From Thermoplasmata archaeon (GTDB lineage: Archaea > Thermoplasmatota > Thermoplasmata > Thermoplasmatales > GCA-001856825): a stretch of DNA of 64,000 bases. Location of the stretch: the NCBI GenBank assembly GCA_049965815.1, contig JBMFVV010000003.1, positions 19,846 through 83,845 on the forward strand, read 5' to 3'. The notes below the pieces were generated by a model. The model saw only the letters and a list, made by a program, of their open reading frames with translations, searched no databases and was not told the origin of the DNA. Position numbers and translations under genes: made by a program. Position 1 is the stretch's first letter. Each line of letters begins with the position of its first letter. This document shows positions 35,738 to 46,800 of the stretch, one piece after another.

Positions 35738-38392
35738 ATGAGTTCTAAGATCAATATCGAAGGAAAAGAATACGATTATTTCCCCCTGAAGGAACTAGAG
35801 TCGAAGGGATACAGTATCGCCAACCTGCCATATTCAACCAAAATACTCCTTGAAAACCTGCTGAGAAAGATGGATGGAAAAGTGGTAAGGGAGGAGCATA
35901 TAGTTAAAGTGTTGGAAAGGAAGAGGGAGGAGATACCATTCTTCCCATCAAGGGTCATACTTCAGGATTATACCGGTGTTCCACTGATTGTTGACCTCAT
36001 AGCCATGAGGAATGCGGCATCAAAGATGGGTAAGGACCCACAGAAGATAAACCCGGTAATACCGGTACAACTGGTTGCAGACCATTCAGTTCAGGTTGAC
36101 AAGTTCGGGACGAGCTATGCGATAATGCAGAATCTGTCGCTTGAATATCAGAGAAACAGGGAAAGGTATGCTGCCCTTAAATGGGCGCAGAACAACTTCA
36201 AAAATTTGAAGATAGTGCCACCGGGGAATGGGATAGTTCATCAGGTGAACATAGAGTTCCTTTCTGAGGTGGTCACCGAGAGGGATGGAATGCTCTTTCC
36301 TGACACATTGATAGGGACCGATTCCCACACCACTATGGTGAACGGTATCTCTGTCTTGGGTTGGGGCGTCGGTGGACTGGAGGCTGAAGCTGTGATGGTG
36401 GGAGAGCCTTCATACATCATCGTTCCGGAAGTTGTAGGCGTGAAATTAAAGGGAAAACCACATGAAGGAGTGACGGCAACAGACATAGTTCTCTCAATAA
36501 CTGAATTCCTGAGGAAATCCAATGTCGTCGGGAAGTTTGTTGAATTTTACGGCGACGGAATTAGTCATCTCACGACACAAGACAAGACAACGATATCAAA
36601 CATGTCGCCGGAGTATGGAGCAACCGTCGGCTATTTCCCCTACTCCAGGAACACCTCTAGGTATCTTTCCCTCACGGGAAGAGATGAAGAACACATCAGT
36701 ATCGTGGAGAAATATCTCAAGGAACAGGGGATGTACTACGATGGAAAGAAGAAGGCATACGACCAGAATCTGGAATTCGACCTGGCAAGCGTTGTCCCAT
36801 CCATCGCTGGACCTGCAAACCCCGAGGACAGGATATCTCTTTCCAATGTACAGAGCGTGAAGAAGATTATAGAAGATAGCCTTTCGAAGAATCTCAACCT
36901 GAACCAGCAGAGGACTTTTGAATTGAAGATAGGAGGCGAGGAGGCACAGATGAAGGACGGAAGCGTTGTCATTGCAGCCATAACGAGCTGTACCAACACA
37001 TCCAACCCTGAGGTGCTGATCGGCGCTGGACTTGTTGCAAAGAACGCTGTCGAAAGGGGACTTACGAGAAGGCCGTACGTCAAGACGAGCTTTGCACCAG
37101 GGAGCCCTGTTGTGAAAGAATATCTAGAAAAGGCAAACCTGCAGCCTTATCTGGATGCTCTTGGGTTCCACATCGTTGGATTCGGTTGCACAACCTGCAT
37201 CGGGAACTCCGGACCACTGATCAGCGAAGTGGATGAAGCCATTAAGAAAGACAAGATATATACCACAGCTGTCCTCAGCGGCAACAGGAACTTTGAGGGG
37301 AGGATCAACCCATCTGTGATGGGGGCATTCCTCGCATCACCGATGCTAGTTGTCGCATACGCGCTGGCCGGCAGGATAGACATTGACTTCGAAAAGGAGC
37401 CGATTGCAATGGACCCGAACGGAAACCCCGTCTTCCTCAGGGATATCTGGCCTGGGGACTCTCTCATTGCAAAGTATGAGGAGGAGTTCCTGAGCAAGAA
37501 GCACTACAGGGAGAGGAAGGAGAAAATTTTCGAGGGGGTGGATGAATGGAAGAATCTGGAGATCCCATCAGGGAAGGAATACACTTTTGACCCCAAGTCC
37601 ACATATGTAAGGGAACCTCCTTGGTTTGACGTCTCGAATACCCTTGTGCCAATTGAGAATGCCAGAATCTTGGCGGTACTTGGCGACAGGGTCACAACTG
37701 ACCATATTTCACCTGCGGGAGCTATTGTGACTGACCTGGAGAAATACAGGGCAATATGGGATGGACTCAAGAGGGGAGACAGCAGCGTGCTGAGTAAGAT
37801 AGATTCTCCAGCAGCAAAGTACCTGATGGAAAATGGCGTGGCACCAGACGAGTTCAATTCATTTGGTGCAAGAAGGGGGAATCACGAAGTCATGATGAGG
37901 GGAGGCTTCTCTAATCCGAAGATCAAGAACAAGATGGTGGATATCAGTGGAGGTTTCACAATTCATTTCCCTGCTGGAGAGAAGGTTTCATTCTTCGATG
38001 CAGCAGAGAGCTACAGGAAGGAGAACATACCGCTGGTAATATTTGCAGGGAAGATGTACGGAGCCGGTAGCAGCAGGGACTGGGCGGCGAAAGCCACATA
38101 CCTGCTGAACGTGAGGGCAGTAATTGCTGAAAGCTTCGAGAGGATACATCGGTCTAACCTGACAAACATGGGAGTTATACCGATCGAGGCTAACACATCC
38201 AGCTTGAACCTGAAGGGTAACGAAGTTGTGTCAATAGACCTTAGCAACGTCAAAGAGGGCCAGACGGTAACAATTCAGATCAAGGGCGAAAGTGTTCAAA
38301 CAATTGAAGGAAAGTTGAGGCTTGACACTGAAGCTGAGGTTGAATATTGCAGGAACGGGAACATACTCAACTATACGCTGAAAAAAATGTGA
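35738..38392 (+). CDS. acnA: Aconitate hydratase (AcnA/IRP type)
   Basis: 884 aa. 'RVILQDYTGVP', 'IGTDSHTTM', the cluster ligands 'ITSCTNTSNP' and 'GCTTCIGNSG', and 'GAGSSRDWAAK'. Confidence 0.95.
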   Translation: MSSKINIEGKEYDYFPLKELESKGYSIANLPYSTKILLENLLRKMDGKVVREEHIVKVLERKREEIPFFPSRVILQDYTGVPLIVDLIAMRNAASKMGKDPQKINPVIPVQLVADHSVQVDKFGTSYAIMQNLSLEYQRNRERYAALKWAQNNFKNLKIVPPGNGIVHQVNIEFLSEVVTERDGMLFPDTLIGTDSHTTMVNGISVLGWGVGGLEAEAVMVGEPSYIIVPEVVGVKLKGKPHEGVTATDIVLSITEFLRKSNVVGKFVEFYGDGISHLTTQDKTTISNMSPEYGATVGYFPYSRNTSRYLSLTGRDEEHISIVEKYLKEQGMYYDGKKKAYDQNLEFDLASVVPSIAGPANPEDRISLSNVQSVKKIIEDSLSKNLNLNQQRTFELKIGGEEAQMKDGSVVIAAITSCTNTSNPEVLIGAGLVAKNAVERGLTRRPYVKTSFAPGSPVVKEYLEKANLQPYLDALGFHIVGFGCTTCIGNSGPLISEVDEAIKKDKIYTTAVLSGNRNFEGRINPSVMGAFLASPMLVVAYALAGRIDIDFEKEPIAMDPNGNPVFLRDIWPGDSLIAKYEEEFLSKKHYRERKEKIFEGVDEWKNLEIPSGKEYTFDPKSTYVREPPWFDVSNTLVPIENARILAVLGDRVTTDHISPAGAIVTDLEKYRAIWDGLKRGDSSVLSKIDSPAAKYLMENGVAPDEFNSFGARRGNHEVMMRGGFSNPKIKNKMVDISGGFTIHFPAGEKVSFFDAAESYRKENIPLVIFAGKMYGAGSSRDWAAKATYLLNVRAVIAESFERIHRSNLTNMGVIPIEANTSSLNLKGNEVVSIDLSNVKEGQTVTIQIKGESVQTIEGKLRLDTEAEVEYCRNGNILNYTLKKM

Positions 38393-38400
38393 AGGGAGAA

Positions 38401-40293
38401 TTAATTTTTCTTTCTTCTCCTCCTCATTATTAGAACCCCGAACACTATTATTATAACTGCCACTACTGCTAGAACTGTGTATGTTAGCCCTGTGTCTGAG
38501 GAGAGATGCTGTATGGGAGTCTCTGTCACTGAAACGTTGAAATTGTGTGTGACCAGAAACTGGTTAGAAGAGTTGTTGAGCATGTAGGTGACAATAAGCT
38601 GTGACGGGTAATTCCCCGGAGTCGCTGCAGATTCAACATTCATCACAAATGTGATCGTTATGGACTGGCCGGGGACCAACTGTGCAAAAGTTATGTTGTT
38701 TGCCGTAAGGCTGCCAAGTGGGTTTGAAGACGGGACGTCAATGTAGAACACATCTGGAGTGAGTATGTGGAAGTTCAGATCAACAAGAGTGACATTGCCG
38801 TTGTTTTTGGCCGTGAAAACAAATAGGTTCGCATTCGTACCTGAGTTTACTGATATCTGACCGGATGTCAGTTCTACGGATCCCTTGTTAAGTATTTTCT
38901 CGCTCAGGGTCAGAGTCTTATTGTTTATGTGCAGGTATATGTTGGCAGGACCAGCTGTCATTGACGCATTGAGCAGGAATGTCAGGTTTAGCAATTGACC
39001 GGAGGGTAGACCGGGCAGATGGTATGGAGCTGTTGAAACGTTGAAAGCACTGGAAGTCACACTTACGTTGATTGAAGGTGAAATGGAATCTCCGCCATTT
39101 ATCAGCGCCACCTTAAGCAGGACGAACTGCTCACCCTGGTAAATGTAAGGAGGGGTTGTATAATAGTTCACGAGGGAGATATTGGAATATCCCGGCACAA
39201 TTACCTTGAATTCCACATCCCTGGAACTTCCATTGTAATTCAGGGTCAGGTTCTGGTAGAAAGTTGTTCCATTTCCAGTTATGCTTACTATGAATGTGAC
39301 AGGTACAGCTTCAAAAGCTGGTATGGCCGAAATGACAGTTTTTTGCGTCACTCCGCTTAATGGTGAAGTGGGGGTGTAAATGACTGAAACATTTGTTACG
39401 GGAACGGATGAATCTTCCTCCAGGTAGAACTGCAGAGGTATGTTCTTCATATCCTGGCCAGCAACCACTGTTCCAGTGTTAAAGGCAGCTGCAGCACCTA
39501 CAATATACGGGAATGAAGCCAGTTTTACGGAGAACTGCTCGTTATGCGTCAGCCCAAACACCGTAATCTCCAAATTCTGACTAGTGACAAGTGTTGCAGG
39601 ACCGATATCAACTGTGAATGTCACGGGAATAGATGTGTAAGCTGGGAAAGCGGGTATAACCACGTGCTGTAACGAGCCTGTCATTGGGGATTGTGGGGAA
39701 TATGTTACAGTTACATTTGTAGCCGGTGAATTACCATTATTCTCAAGGTATATGGTAATGGGTATACTGGACTCATAGGACGTTGCAGATATGGGGCTTC
39801 CTGGGAGACCAAAATACGCCTGCAGCGGAATAATGCTTACCGTACCCAGCAGTGCTACCTGTCCTGTCATGTTCCCGCTGATTGTCCTGTTTCCTGAGAT
39901 GAAGCTGTAGTCAATGGTCATCTGGTAGATGCCGCTAGGTGCAGTTGCGCTGATGTTAGTTAGCTGATATATCGTGTACTGCCCGCCCGTCTGTGTCATC
40001 GGGAAGGTGAAGTAATCCCTCACGTCCTTATCTGGGCCATGGACATAGCTGTAGCTGAAATATCCTCCTGAAGCAGTGAAGTTGAACGATACATTGAGAT
40101 CGACAAGCGCCGATTCCGTCACAAAAGTCGCAACAAGCGGGACATAAGAATACCCAGGTGCTACCAGCTCGGTACTGTTGGTTGAGTACCAATTCATGCT
40201 GGTAACAGCTATCGGCGCATTCGTTCCAAAACTCATAGGCATGCTAGACATAAGCAGAACTGCAATTCCCAAAAATATCAACAGTTTCTTCAT
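38401..40293 (-). CDS. Large secreted, C-terminally anchored surface glycoprotein with internal CARDB-like repeats
   Basis: Signal peptide 'MKKLLIFLGIAVLLMSSMPMSFG'. C-terminal TM 'VLAVVAVIIIVFGVLIM' + 'RRRRKKN'. Many N-x-S/T sequons. Internal repeat 'PITIYLENNGNSPATNVTVTYSPQSPMTGSLQHVVIPAFPAYTSIPVTFTV' versus 'PLQFYLEEDSSVPVTNVSVIYTPTSPLSGVTQKTVISAIPAFEAVPVTFIV'. Confidence 0.8.
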   Translation of the reverse strand: MKKLLIFLGIAVLLMSSMPMSFGTNAPIAVTSMNWYSTNSTELVAPGYSYVPLVATFVTESALVDLNVSFNFTASGGYFSYSYVHGPDKDVRDYFTFPMTQTGGQYTIYQLTNISATAPSGIYQMTIDYSFISGNRTISGNMTGQVALLGTVSIIPLQAYFGLPGSPISATSYESSIPITIYLENNGNSPATNVTVTYSPQSPMTGSLQHVVIPAFPAYTSIPVTFTVDIGPATLVTSQNLEITVFGLTHNEQFSVKLASFPYIVGAAAAFNTGTVVAGQDMKNIPLQFYLEEDSSVPVTNVSVIYTPTSPLSGVTQKTVISAIPAFEAVPVTFIVSITGNGTTFYQNLTLNYNGSSRDVEFKVIVPGYSNISLVNYYTTPPYIYQGEQFVLLKVALINGGDSISPSINVSVTSSAFNVSTAPYHLPGLPSGQLLNLTFLLNASMTAGPANIYLHINNKTLTLSEKILNKGSVELTSGQISVNSGTNANLFVFTAKNNGNVTLVDLNFHILTPDVFYIDVPSSNPLGSLTANNITFAQLVPGQSITITFVMNVESAATPGNYPSQLIVTYMLNNSSNQFLVTHNFNVSVTETPIQHLSSDTGLTYTVLAVVAVIIIVFGVLIMRRRRKKN

Positions 40294-41739
40294 TTATACC
40301 ACCTCATTCGATTCATTTACTATCACCTTCTTCATTGACAACGTGAAGATTAGTGAAATTAGAAGCGTAACGAAACCTATTATGTAGATCCAGTTGAACG
40401 CCTGCTGGGAGGGGAAATCCTCAAACACGGGAGTGAATGGAATTACTCCCAGGGAAATGGGGAAATACGAGACCAGCGCCGGTGCAACGAACTGCGTTTC
40501 TATGGACCCGGATATTGCCGGGGAGAGGCTTGACCCTATGTTCCTGAATACTGTGTTCATTCCCGTAGCCATTCCAGCTGAATCCTTCGGGGTTGAGATT
40601 ATGATCATATTGATCATCCCAACAAAGACGAATGAAGTTCCACCACCTATGAACGCTGCATCCTCTGTTATGGCAAGGGGAGTTCCCCTATTCACATACA
40701 AAAGTAAGAATGCCATAAGCATGATGATTGTACCTATCAGGATTGCAAGCTTCGGGCCTCTCTTCTTTACCACCAGCGCACCAATGGGTGCAAGTGCAAT
40801 TCCCATTATTGCCCCAGGCACCACCGTCAGCCCGGCGGTGAACACGTCCTTTCCGAAACCCAGTGGGATTGGATCCTCAAGGATCGTGGGTATGGTATAG
40901 AAGAGATAAAACATCCCCCCAGAGACCAAGAGTCCCGCGAAATTGGCCAGGAAGATATTTCGGACGCTCAGTAGCTTCAGGCTGATGAAAGGATCATCAG
41001 TCACCCTCTCGTAGAGGTAGAACATCACCAGTGAGACAATCGACAAAAGTCCAACTGACAGGCTCAAGGAAGAAGTCCATCCCCAGTACTCCCCCTGTGA
41101 CAGCACAAGAAGTAGAGATATTATGCCAACCACAAGCAGGAATATCCCCCCTGCGTCTATCTTCTGCTTTTTCCTGAATGGGCTTTCCTTCAGACTTATT
41201 GCAGATGCAATCAGCAATCCAAATGCGATCGGTATTGCAGAATGATATGCCCACTCCCAGCTGAAATTCTGCGTTATCCAGGCCCCGATCACCAGCCCTA
41301 TCGACGCACCAACCGTGAATGTTGCCGAAATTATCCCCTGGGCTAGGGGAAGGTCCTTTGGTGGAAGTTCGTCATTCAGCAGTGCAAATGCAACTGGAAA
41401 CATGCCCATTCCAAGTCCCTGTATCGTTCTAATGAGGATGAATTCAGAAAGCGTTGTTGCAAATCCTCCGAATGAAATGGCCACTGAATAAACGACTGCA
41501 AGCGATACAAAGATCTTCTTCTTACCTACAATGTCAGCCAGTTTACCGAATATTGCCGCTGAGACCGTTCCTGATATCAGGTAAGCAGTAAGCACCCATG
41601 AAAGTGAGCTGTATGATGCATCAAAGTACCTGGAAAGGACCGGAAGCGCCGGAACAACCATTGTCTCAACATAGGTGATGAGAGTCCCCATCAGTGCCAT
41701 TATTACAATGGTTGACCCTGCCCTTTTACTGAACGCCAT
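40294..41739 (-). CDS. MFS transporter, DHA2 (14-TMS) type
   Basis: 'FGKLADIVGKKKIF' (motif A) and 'IRTIQGLGMGMFPVAFALLND', with about 14 TM segments. Its stop abuts the start of the glycoprotein gene (40293/40294). Confidence 0.85.
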   Translation of the reverse strand: MAFSKRAGSTIVIMALMGTLITYVETMVVPALPVLSRYFDASYSSLSWVLTAYLISGTVSAAIFGKLADIVGKKKIFVSLAVVYSVAISFGGFATTLSEFILIRTIQGLGMGMFPVAFALLNDELPPKDLPLAQGIISATFTVGASIGLVIGAWITQNFSWEWAYHSAIPIAFGLLIASAISLKESPFRKKQKIDAGGIFLLVVGIISLLLVLSQGEYWGWTSSLSLSVGLLSIVSLVMFYLYERVTDDPFISLKLLSVRNIFLANFAGLLVSGGMFYLFYTIPTILEDPIPLGFGKDVFTAGLTVVPGAIMGIALAPIGALVVKKRGPKLAILIGTIIMLMAFLLLYVNRGTPLAITEDAAFIGGGTSFVFVGMINMIIISTPKDSAGMATGMNTVFRNIGSSLSPAISGSIETQFVAPALVSYFPISLGVIPFTPVFEDFPSQQAFNWIYIIGFVTLLISLIFTLSMKKVIVNESNEVV

Positions 41740-42283
41740 GCCTCACTTCCCCTATGAGTGTCTTCAGCTTTTTCTTTGTCTGGCTGATCCTCTCATAGTC
41801 CTCTTCGAACGCCATGTTAAATATTTCTGTTATGAGCTCTATCAGTTCGTCACCGATCTTCTCGTAAATGATCTCCAGTCTCTTCACAAAATCAGGAGAC
41901 AGAAGGAGCTCTCTACTCTTCGTTTCAGAAATCAGCATTTCCTGTCTCAAAAAGGCAGTAAGGAAACCCTTCCTTATCTCTCCGCTAAGGCGCTTCAGTT
42001 TTCCAACGTGTTTTCTTCCCTTTGAAGTGAGGGCATAGTACCTGACTCTCCCAGAACTTTCCTTGGATACGTAACCTTCTTCCTCAAGCTTCCTCATGAT
42101 TGGTACAAGGGTTCCACTTGACTTGTTTCGTCCATCGCTTGATAGTAACTTTGACAGCTGATATAGGCTCTTCTTTCCTGTTGAGAGAGTGAAGAGTACC
42201 ATCATGCGGTTGGACGATGTCATATGTCGAAATCGACAGTTAAACATCGTATAAAACTCTTGCAGTTCTCCAGACATCGTCAT
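41726..42283 (-). CDS. PadR-like winged-helix transcriptional regulator with extended C-terminal helical domain
   Basis: 'LYQLSKLLSS...SSGTLVPIMRKLEEEGYVSKESSGRVRYYALTSKGRKHV' follows the PadR recognition-helix and wing pattern. Overlaps the MFS start by 14 nt. Confidence 0.7.
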   Translation of the reverse strand: MTMSGELQEFYTMFNCRFRHMTSSNRMMVLFTLSTGKKSLYQLSKLLSSDGRNKSSGTLVPIMRKLEEEGYVSKESSGRVRYYALTSKGRKHVGKLKRLSGEIRKGFLTAFLRQEMLISETKSRELLLSPDFVKRLEIIYEKIGDELIELITEIFNMAFEEDYERISQTKKKLKTLIGEVRHGVQ

Positions 42284-42346
42284 CGCAACGTTCTGTAGCA
42301 GATGTCTGCTCGAAAGTGTTAACTATCGACCCATTATCTACAGCTA

Positions 42347-42877
42347 ATGACCCAGGCCCCAGGAACAGGCATTTCTTTCACATTCGGTAGTGGTTATCAG
42401 TTTGAACTGATAATTGCGATCATAATCATATTCGGAATTTTTAGGGGGCTATCTGGGAGACGATATACCAGATTGAGGGTCATCAGGACACCGGCATTAT
42501 ACCTGCTTCTTACCCTACTGGCCGTCTTCCTGACTTCACTTCCAAACATATATGCTCAACTCATGATTCTTTTGGTGCCTGTTGGAATACCTGCTGGAAT
42601 TAGATTCGGGAAAGACGTAAGATTTTTCTCAAGAAACGGAGTGCTATACTACAGACGATCACCTTCCATACTTTTACTCTGGGCAGTTGCATTGGTTGCG
42701 CGAACCAGCCTGGAGTTATTTTCATTCAGGTCTCTGCTGGCTATCATCGTTTTCAATGCAATCCTATCTTTCATCACAGGAATGCTTGTAGGGGAGGCCG
42801 TGCACATCCTGAGAACAAACAAAGAAGAAACAATCGAACAAGAAAAGGTATCAACTGGTCTCAGCGGGAGCGGATGA
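42347..42877 (+). CDS. Membrane protein, unknown function (4-5 TM helices)
   Basis: 176 aa and hydrophobic throughout ('FELIIAIIIIFGIF', 'ALYLLLTLLAVFL', 'LMILLVPVGIPAGI', 'ILLLWAVALVART', 'AIIVFNAILSFITGMLVG'). I recognise no catalytic motif. Confidence 0.55.
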   Translation: MTQAPGTGISFTFGSGYQFELIIAIIIIFGIFRGLSGRRYTRLRVIRTPALYLLLTLLAVFLTSLPNIYAQLMILLVPVGIPAGIRFGKDVRFFSRNGVLYYRRSPSILLLWAVALVARTSLELFSFRSLLAIIVFNAILSFITGMLVGEAVHILRTNKEETIEQEKVSTGLSGSG

Positions 42878-42879
42878 CA

Positions 42880-43677
42880 TCATATAAGTCCATAAAACTC
42901 CATGAAGAAGTTCATTGATCTCTCAATTTTTTCCTTATCTACGCCTTCCTGGATGAGCATGGTTACCCTCTTGGGAACCGAGTCTGCAGGGAGTACAAAA
43001 TTCGGATTCGTTTCGTCACCTGCGAAGTCAGTTTCAAGAAAGAAACCCTTCTCGCCCCAGGGTGCAGCCCTGGCATTTTTTCTTCCGGCGGGAACGGAAG
43101 GAATTATATCGCAGTTCTCAGAGAATATTGGAGCACTGAAGTGCTTCACGACCAGTGACTTCTTCCCGCTGTTTCTGGCCATATGCATCACGTCGCACAT
43201 ACCTGCAGAATCCAGAGATTCGGTGTGAAGGATGACAGGTATGTCCTTGTCTGCAGTGCGCTGAAAAATGTATTCCATTATGCTGTTGCTCTCTTCGATG
43301 ATATCGTTTGACATATCGAAGTGTGGCCTTCCAACCTCCCCAATGGCGTTGGCCTTCCCATCCTCTATTCTTCCGATTGCAGAATCTACTGCTCTCCTGT
43401 ACGTTTCTAGAGCTTTCTCTTTCCCAATCTTGTCCCTCATTTGGATGTAATTCACTGGATAAGGACCTATGCTCACAACAACATCAATCCCCCTTTCTTT
43501 CAGAAGTTTTGATATGGAGATAGTTTGGTCGTATTTTCTCTCAAAGTCCTCCAACAGGAAGCAATCTTCAGTCAGGTTCACAAGGTTCAATGAAGTTCCC
43601 CCTGCCTTGGTGAAAGTCTTAAGGAAGAAGTCTACAGAAGATGGAGTCAAATGGACATGGTTGTCAAATACCTTCAC
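42880..43677 (-). CDS. TatD-related metal-dependent hydrolase (amidohydrolase fold)
   Basis: N-terminal 'MKVFDNHVHL' (HxH metal site), 'AIGEVGRPHF' and 'PVILHTES' follow the TatD pattern. Confidence 0.75.
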   Translation of the reverse strand: MKVFDNHVHLTPSSVDFFLKTFTKAGGTSLNLVNLTEDCFLLEDFERKYDQTISISKLLKERGIDVVVSIGPYPVNYIQMRDKIGKEKALETYRRAVDSAIGRIEDGKANAIGEVGRPHFDMSNDIIEESNSIMEYIFQRTADKDIPVILHTESLDSAGMCDVMHMARNSGKKSLVVKHFSAPIFSENCDIIPSVPAGRKNARAAPWGEKGFFLETDFAGDETNPNFVLPADSVPKRVTMLIQEGVDKEKIERSMNFFMEFYGLI

Positions 43678-43832
43678 TCTTATCTATCGATTATAGTTTT
43701 AAAAATTTATGCACATACGTATCATCTTTTCGAAATAGAATTATTTATTTGGAGGGGAGGGGAAAGTTTTGTCATTCATTTGAGACACAATACTGCTGTA
43801 AGGTTGATATAACCTTTTGAGATTCAGGATGA

Positions 43833-46800
43833 ATGCTTGAAGGCAGATTCAGAACACTTGGAAATTTCATCAAAAAAAGATATAAGGCGATCATAATTGT
43901 ATGGGTAGTTCTCATTGTCGCTCTTCTTCCTTTTGCTGCTATGTCAACAAGTTTGATAAACTATAATGTAGAGGACATAGAGTTTGCCGGAAGCAGCCAC
44001 ACTCAATCCGTTCAGGCTCAGAACATCATGAATAGCGAATTCAATTTTTCAAAGGGCAATTCCAGCGGGACGGTGGCAGTACTGTACGTTGAGTCTCCCT
44101 TCAACTCATCTACCTCCTATAGCATCTGGGAGAAAATTAACTCCACCTACGCCAAAAATCTGTCAAGTTTGGGGCCATCTGGCATAGTTTCGCCTTATCA
44201 GATAGCAGATGGTGTTGTGAATTCGCTTGGTAATTCTACAGATACGATATACGGAGGCATAATGAAGGCTTCAAATTCTACCATATCAGCGTACGGCACT
44301 TTCACAAATGCAACAAACGGCTTTGAGAGTTTCACTTCCAACCTGATCACCATAGATGGTTATTTCAATTCCACTTACCACAATGTCTCGAGGGCTGTTG
44401 TCGGTTATAATGGGCTATTTGAAAGCATTTCAGGAGCATCAAGCTTGATTTATGGAATACCCATTGCCTTCTATGGTATTTATCTAAGCTCACCACTTAC
44501 AAACAGTTCAGAGAAAAGCAGCTATGCTTACTCTGCGCTATTAAAGGAAACTAACAATTTTAGTGACAATCAGACGAGCCTAGGGTACTTCAACGCTTTC
44601 TATGCTTCATGGAGCAATATTGTATCAAGCAACTCATCATTCCCCAACACAACCACACTACAACTTGCCATAAATGATGCATTTACAAGTTTCAGTGCAG
44701 AGATGACCAAACAGCAGCAACAGTTCTTTTATTCTGTCCTCTCAAGTTTCAACGTTACCACATATCAAAGTAGTTCTGAAAGATTGAGCATAACGGACGA
44801 ACTCGCCCTTTCCATTTCGTCTCCGTCATCCGCGGTAGAAATGCAGATATTCAACTATACGTTTGAAAATTTTGTCATAAACGGCAGTCTCCCGGCTCTA
44901 TCTGCCAATATCACAGGAACTCTGCTTTCATCAAACAATAACGCCATTTCTGAATTCACCAATAGCACGTTCGGAGAGACTCCGGATGAATTCGCTTCAT
45001 CTTTTGAGTCTGTGTCTCAAGTCAACAGCTCAGTGGTGGAGAATCAGATGAATCATTCCCTCCTGAGTAATTCAATGAGCGAATTCTACAAATCCGTCAA
45101 TATGCCGGTGAGCGTTTTCTATTCTGGTCTCATAAACAACAATACATCTCAGTTCAGGCAATATTTTATAAATTCAGCTGCGGCAGGGTTGAAGGAACTC
45201 GCATCCACCCTTGACCAGAACTCCTCATCCGTCGTATCGACTTTCCTCTCAGAAGGCTCATCAAAATCTGCCATGAATCTTACGGAATCTTTTCTCATGA
45301 GTCACTTCAAGGACTATCCCTACTTTTCATTCTCAAATCCGGCCCAGTTCGTATCTTCATCCGTAAAGGCAAAGGGGAACGTATCCTCACTGGTGAATGG
45401 CAACTATTCAGAAGCGGGAATAGACCTGTCTTCGTCTGTGTTTCATTCCCTCGTTCCTCGAGACTTTTCGGGATACCTGATAATCATTGATTTCACGCCA
45501 TCCAGCCTGAACAACTCCCAACTCAATGTTCTGAGCTCCTATCTATCTGGAATACAGAACCGGTTTGATCCCGTTAAGATCTATTCCACGAGCGACAGCC
45601 AGATTGCGAACGGTATAGAGGACACGGCATATTCTGGCCTCATATACTCACTTGTCGCAGGAATGATTCTATCTGTGATCATTGTCGGCATATATTTCAG
45701 GTCTGCTTTCCTTGCATTCGTACCCCTGATGTTCTTTGGGTTAAGCATGGTGGTCATTCTCGGGTTGTCAGAATTGATATTCGGGATAATAATGAAGACG
45801 ACATTATCTTTCATAGTCACAACGCTGAGTGCAATGCTGATCCTAGGTCTCAGCACCGATTATTCAGTGTACATACTAAATAGATATACCAAGGAGGAGT
45901 CGCAGGATAAGCTTGGGACTACAGTTCAGTGGGCTGGCCACGCTGTTTTCACGTCTGGACTTACAGTTATACTGTCATACATAGTACTAGGAATTTTCAA
46001 GGTACCAATAATAGGCGCAGGTGGATTTGTTAACGCGTTGGGGATTGCAATCTCGCTGGGAGTAGCGCTCACACTCCTGCCATCCTTCATGATCATTTTC
46101 AAGAAGAGGATCAAGCAAAAGAGGAATTTAATAAATTTCAGAAAGATTGCTATGGTAAGCCGGAAACACAAAAAGGCACTGGTAGCAGTGCTCATTGTGA
46201 TATTCATATCTACCCTGGTGGTGTATGAGACAACACCTACATCCTTCTCCCTATTCTCACTCATACCAGACAACTCCGGCAAGGCTGGCTATTATGAGAT
46301 GACTTCAGCATTCGGAGGTGATACACTTTCACCAAGCTACATAGTACTTACCTTCCCGAATCAGATATATTATGATGGTCATTTCAACGAGACCGATATA
46401 GGGGTATTGAACAACATAACATCTGCGCTGATAAAGGACAACGGGATTTCAGGACTGACAACTCTGACTTATCCATTTGGAAATTATGTCAATGTGCAGA
46501 ATATATCTGGAAGTTCCATTTCTAAGAGCACAATACTCAACCAGTCCCTGACGTTCATAGGAAAGGACGGTTCAACCGTTCTCCTGAATTTCTCTACTAA
46601 ATACGTATCATACACTGAGCAAGGCATAAATGCCATTGCAAAAGTGGACAACATATTGAAGCAAGTTACACCAACTGACGTGAAGTATGCAGTGGGTGGA
46701 ACACCTCAGTCGCTCCTTGACAGTTCAAACAGCATCAACACTTCCACTTACGACATAATCATAATACTGTCTATAATGATATTCGGAGTACTTGCTTTCC

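Noticed and set aside
40394-40900. 168-aa plus-strand ORF
   Set aside because: It is antisense to a well-supported MFS transporter. The translation is a Pro/Ser/Ile-rich shadow of hydrophobic codons.
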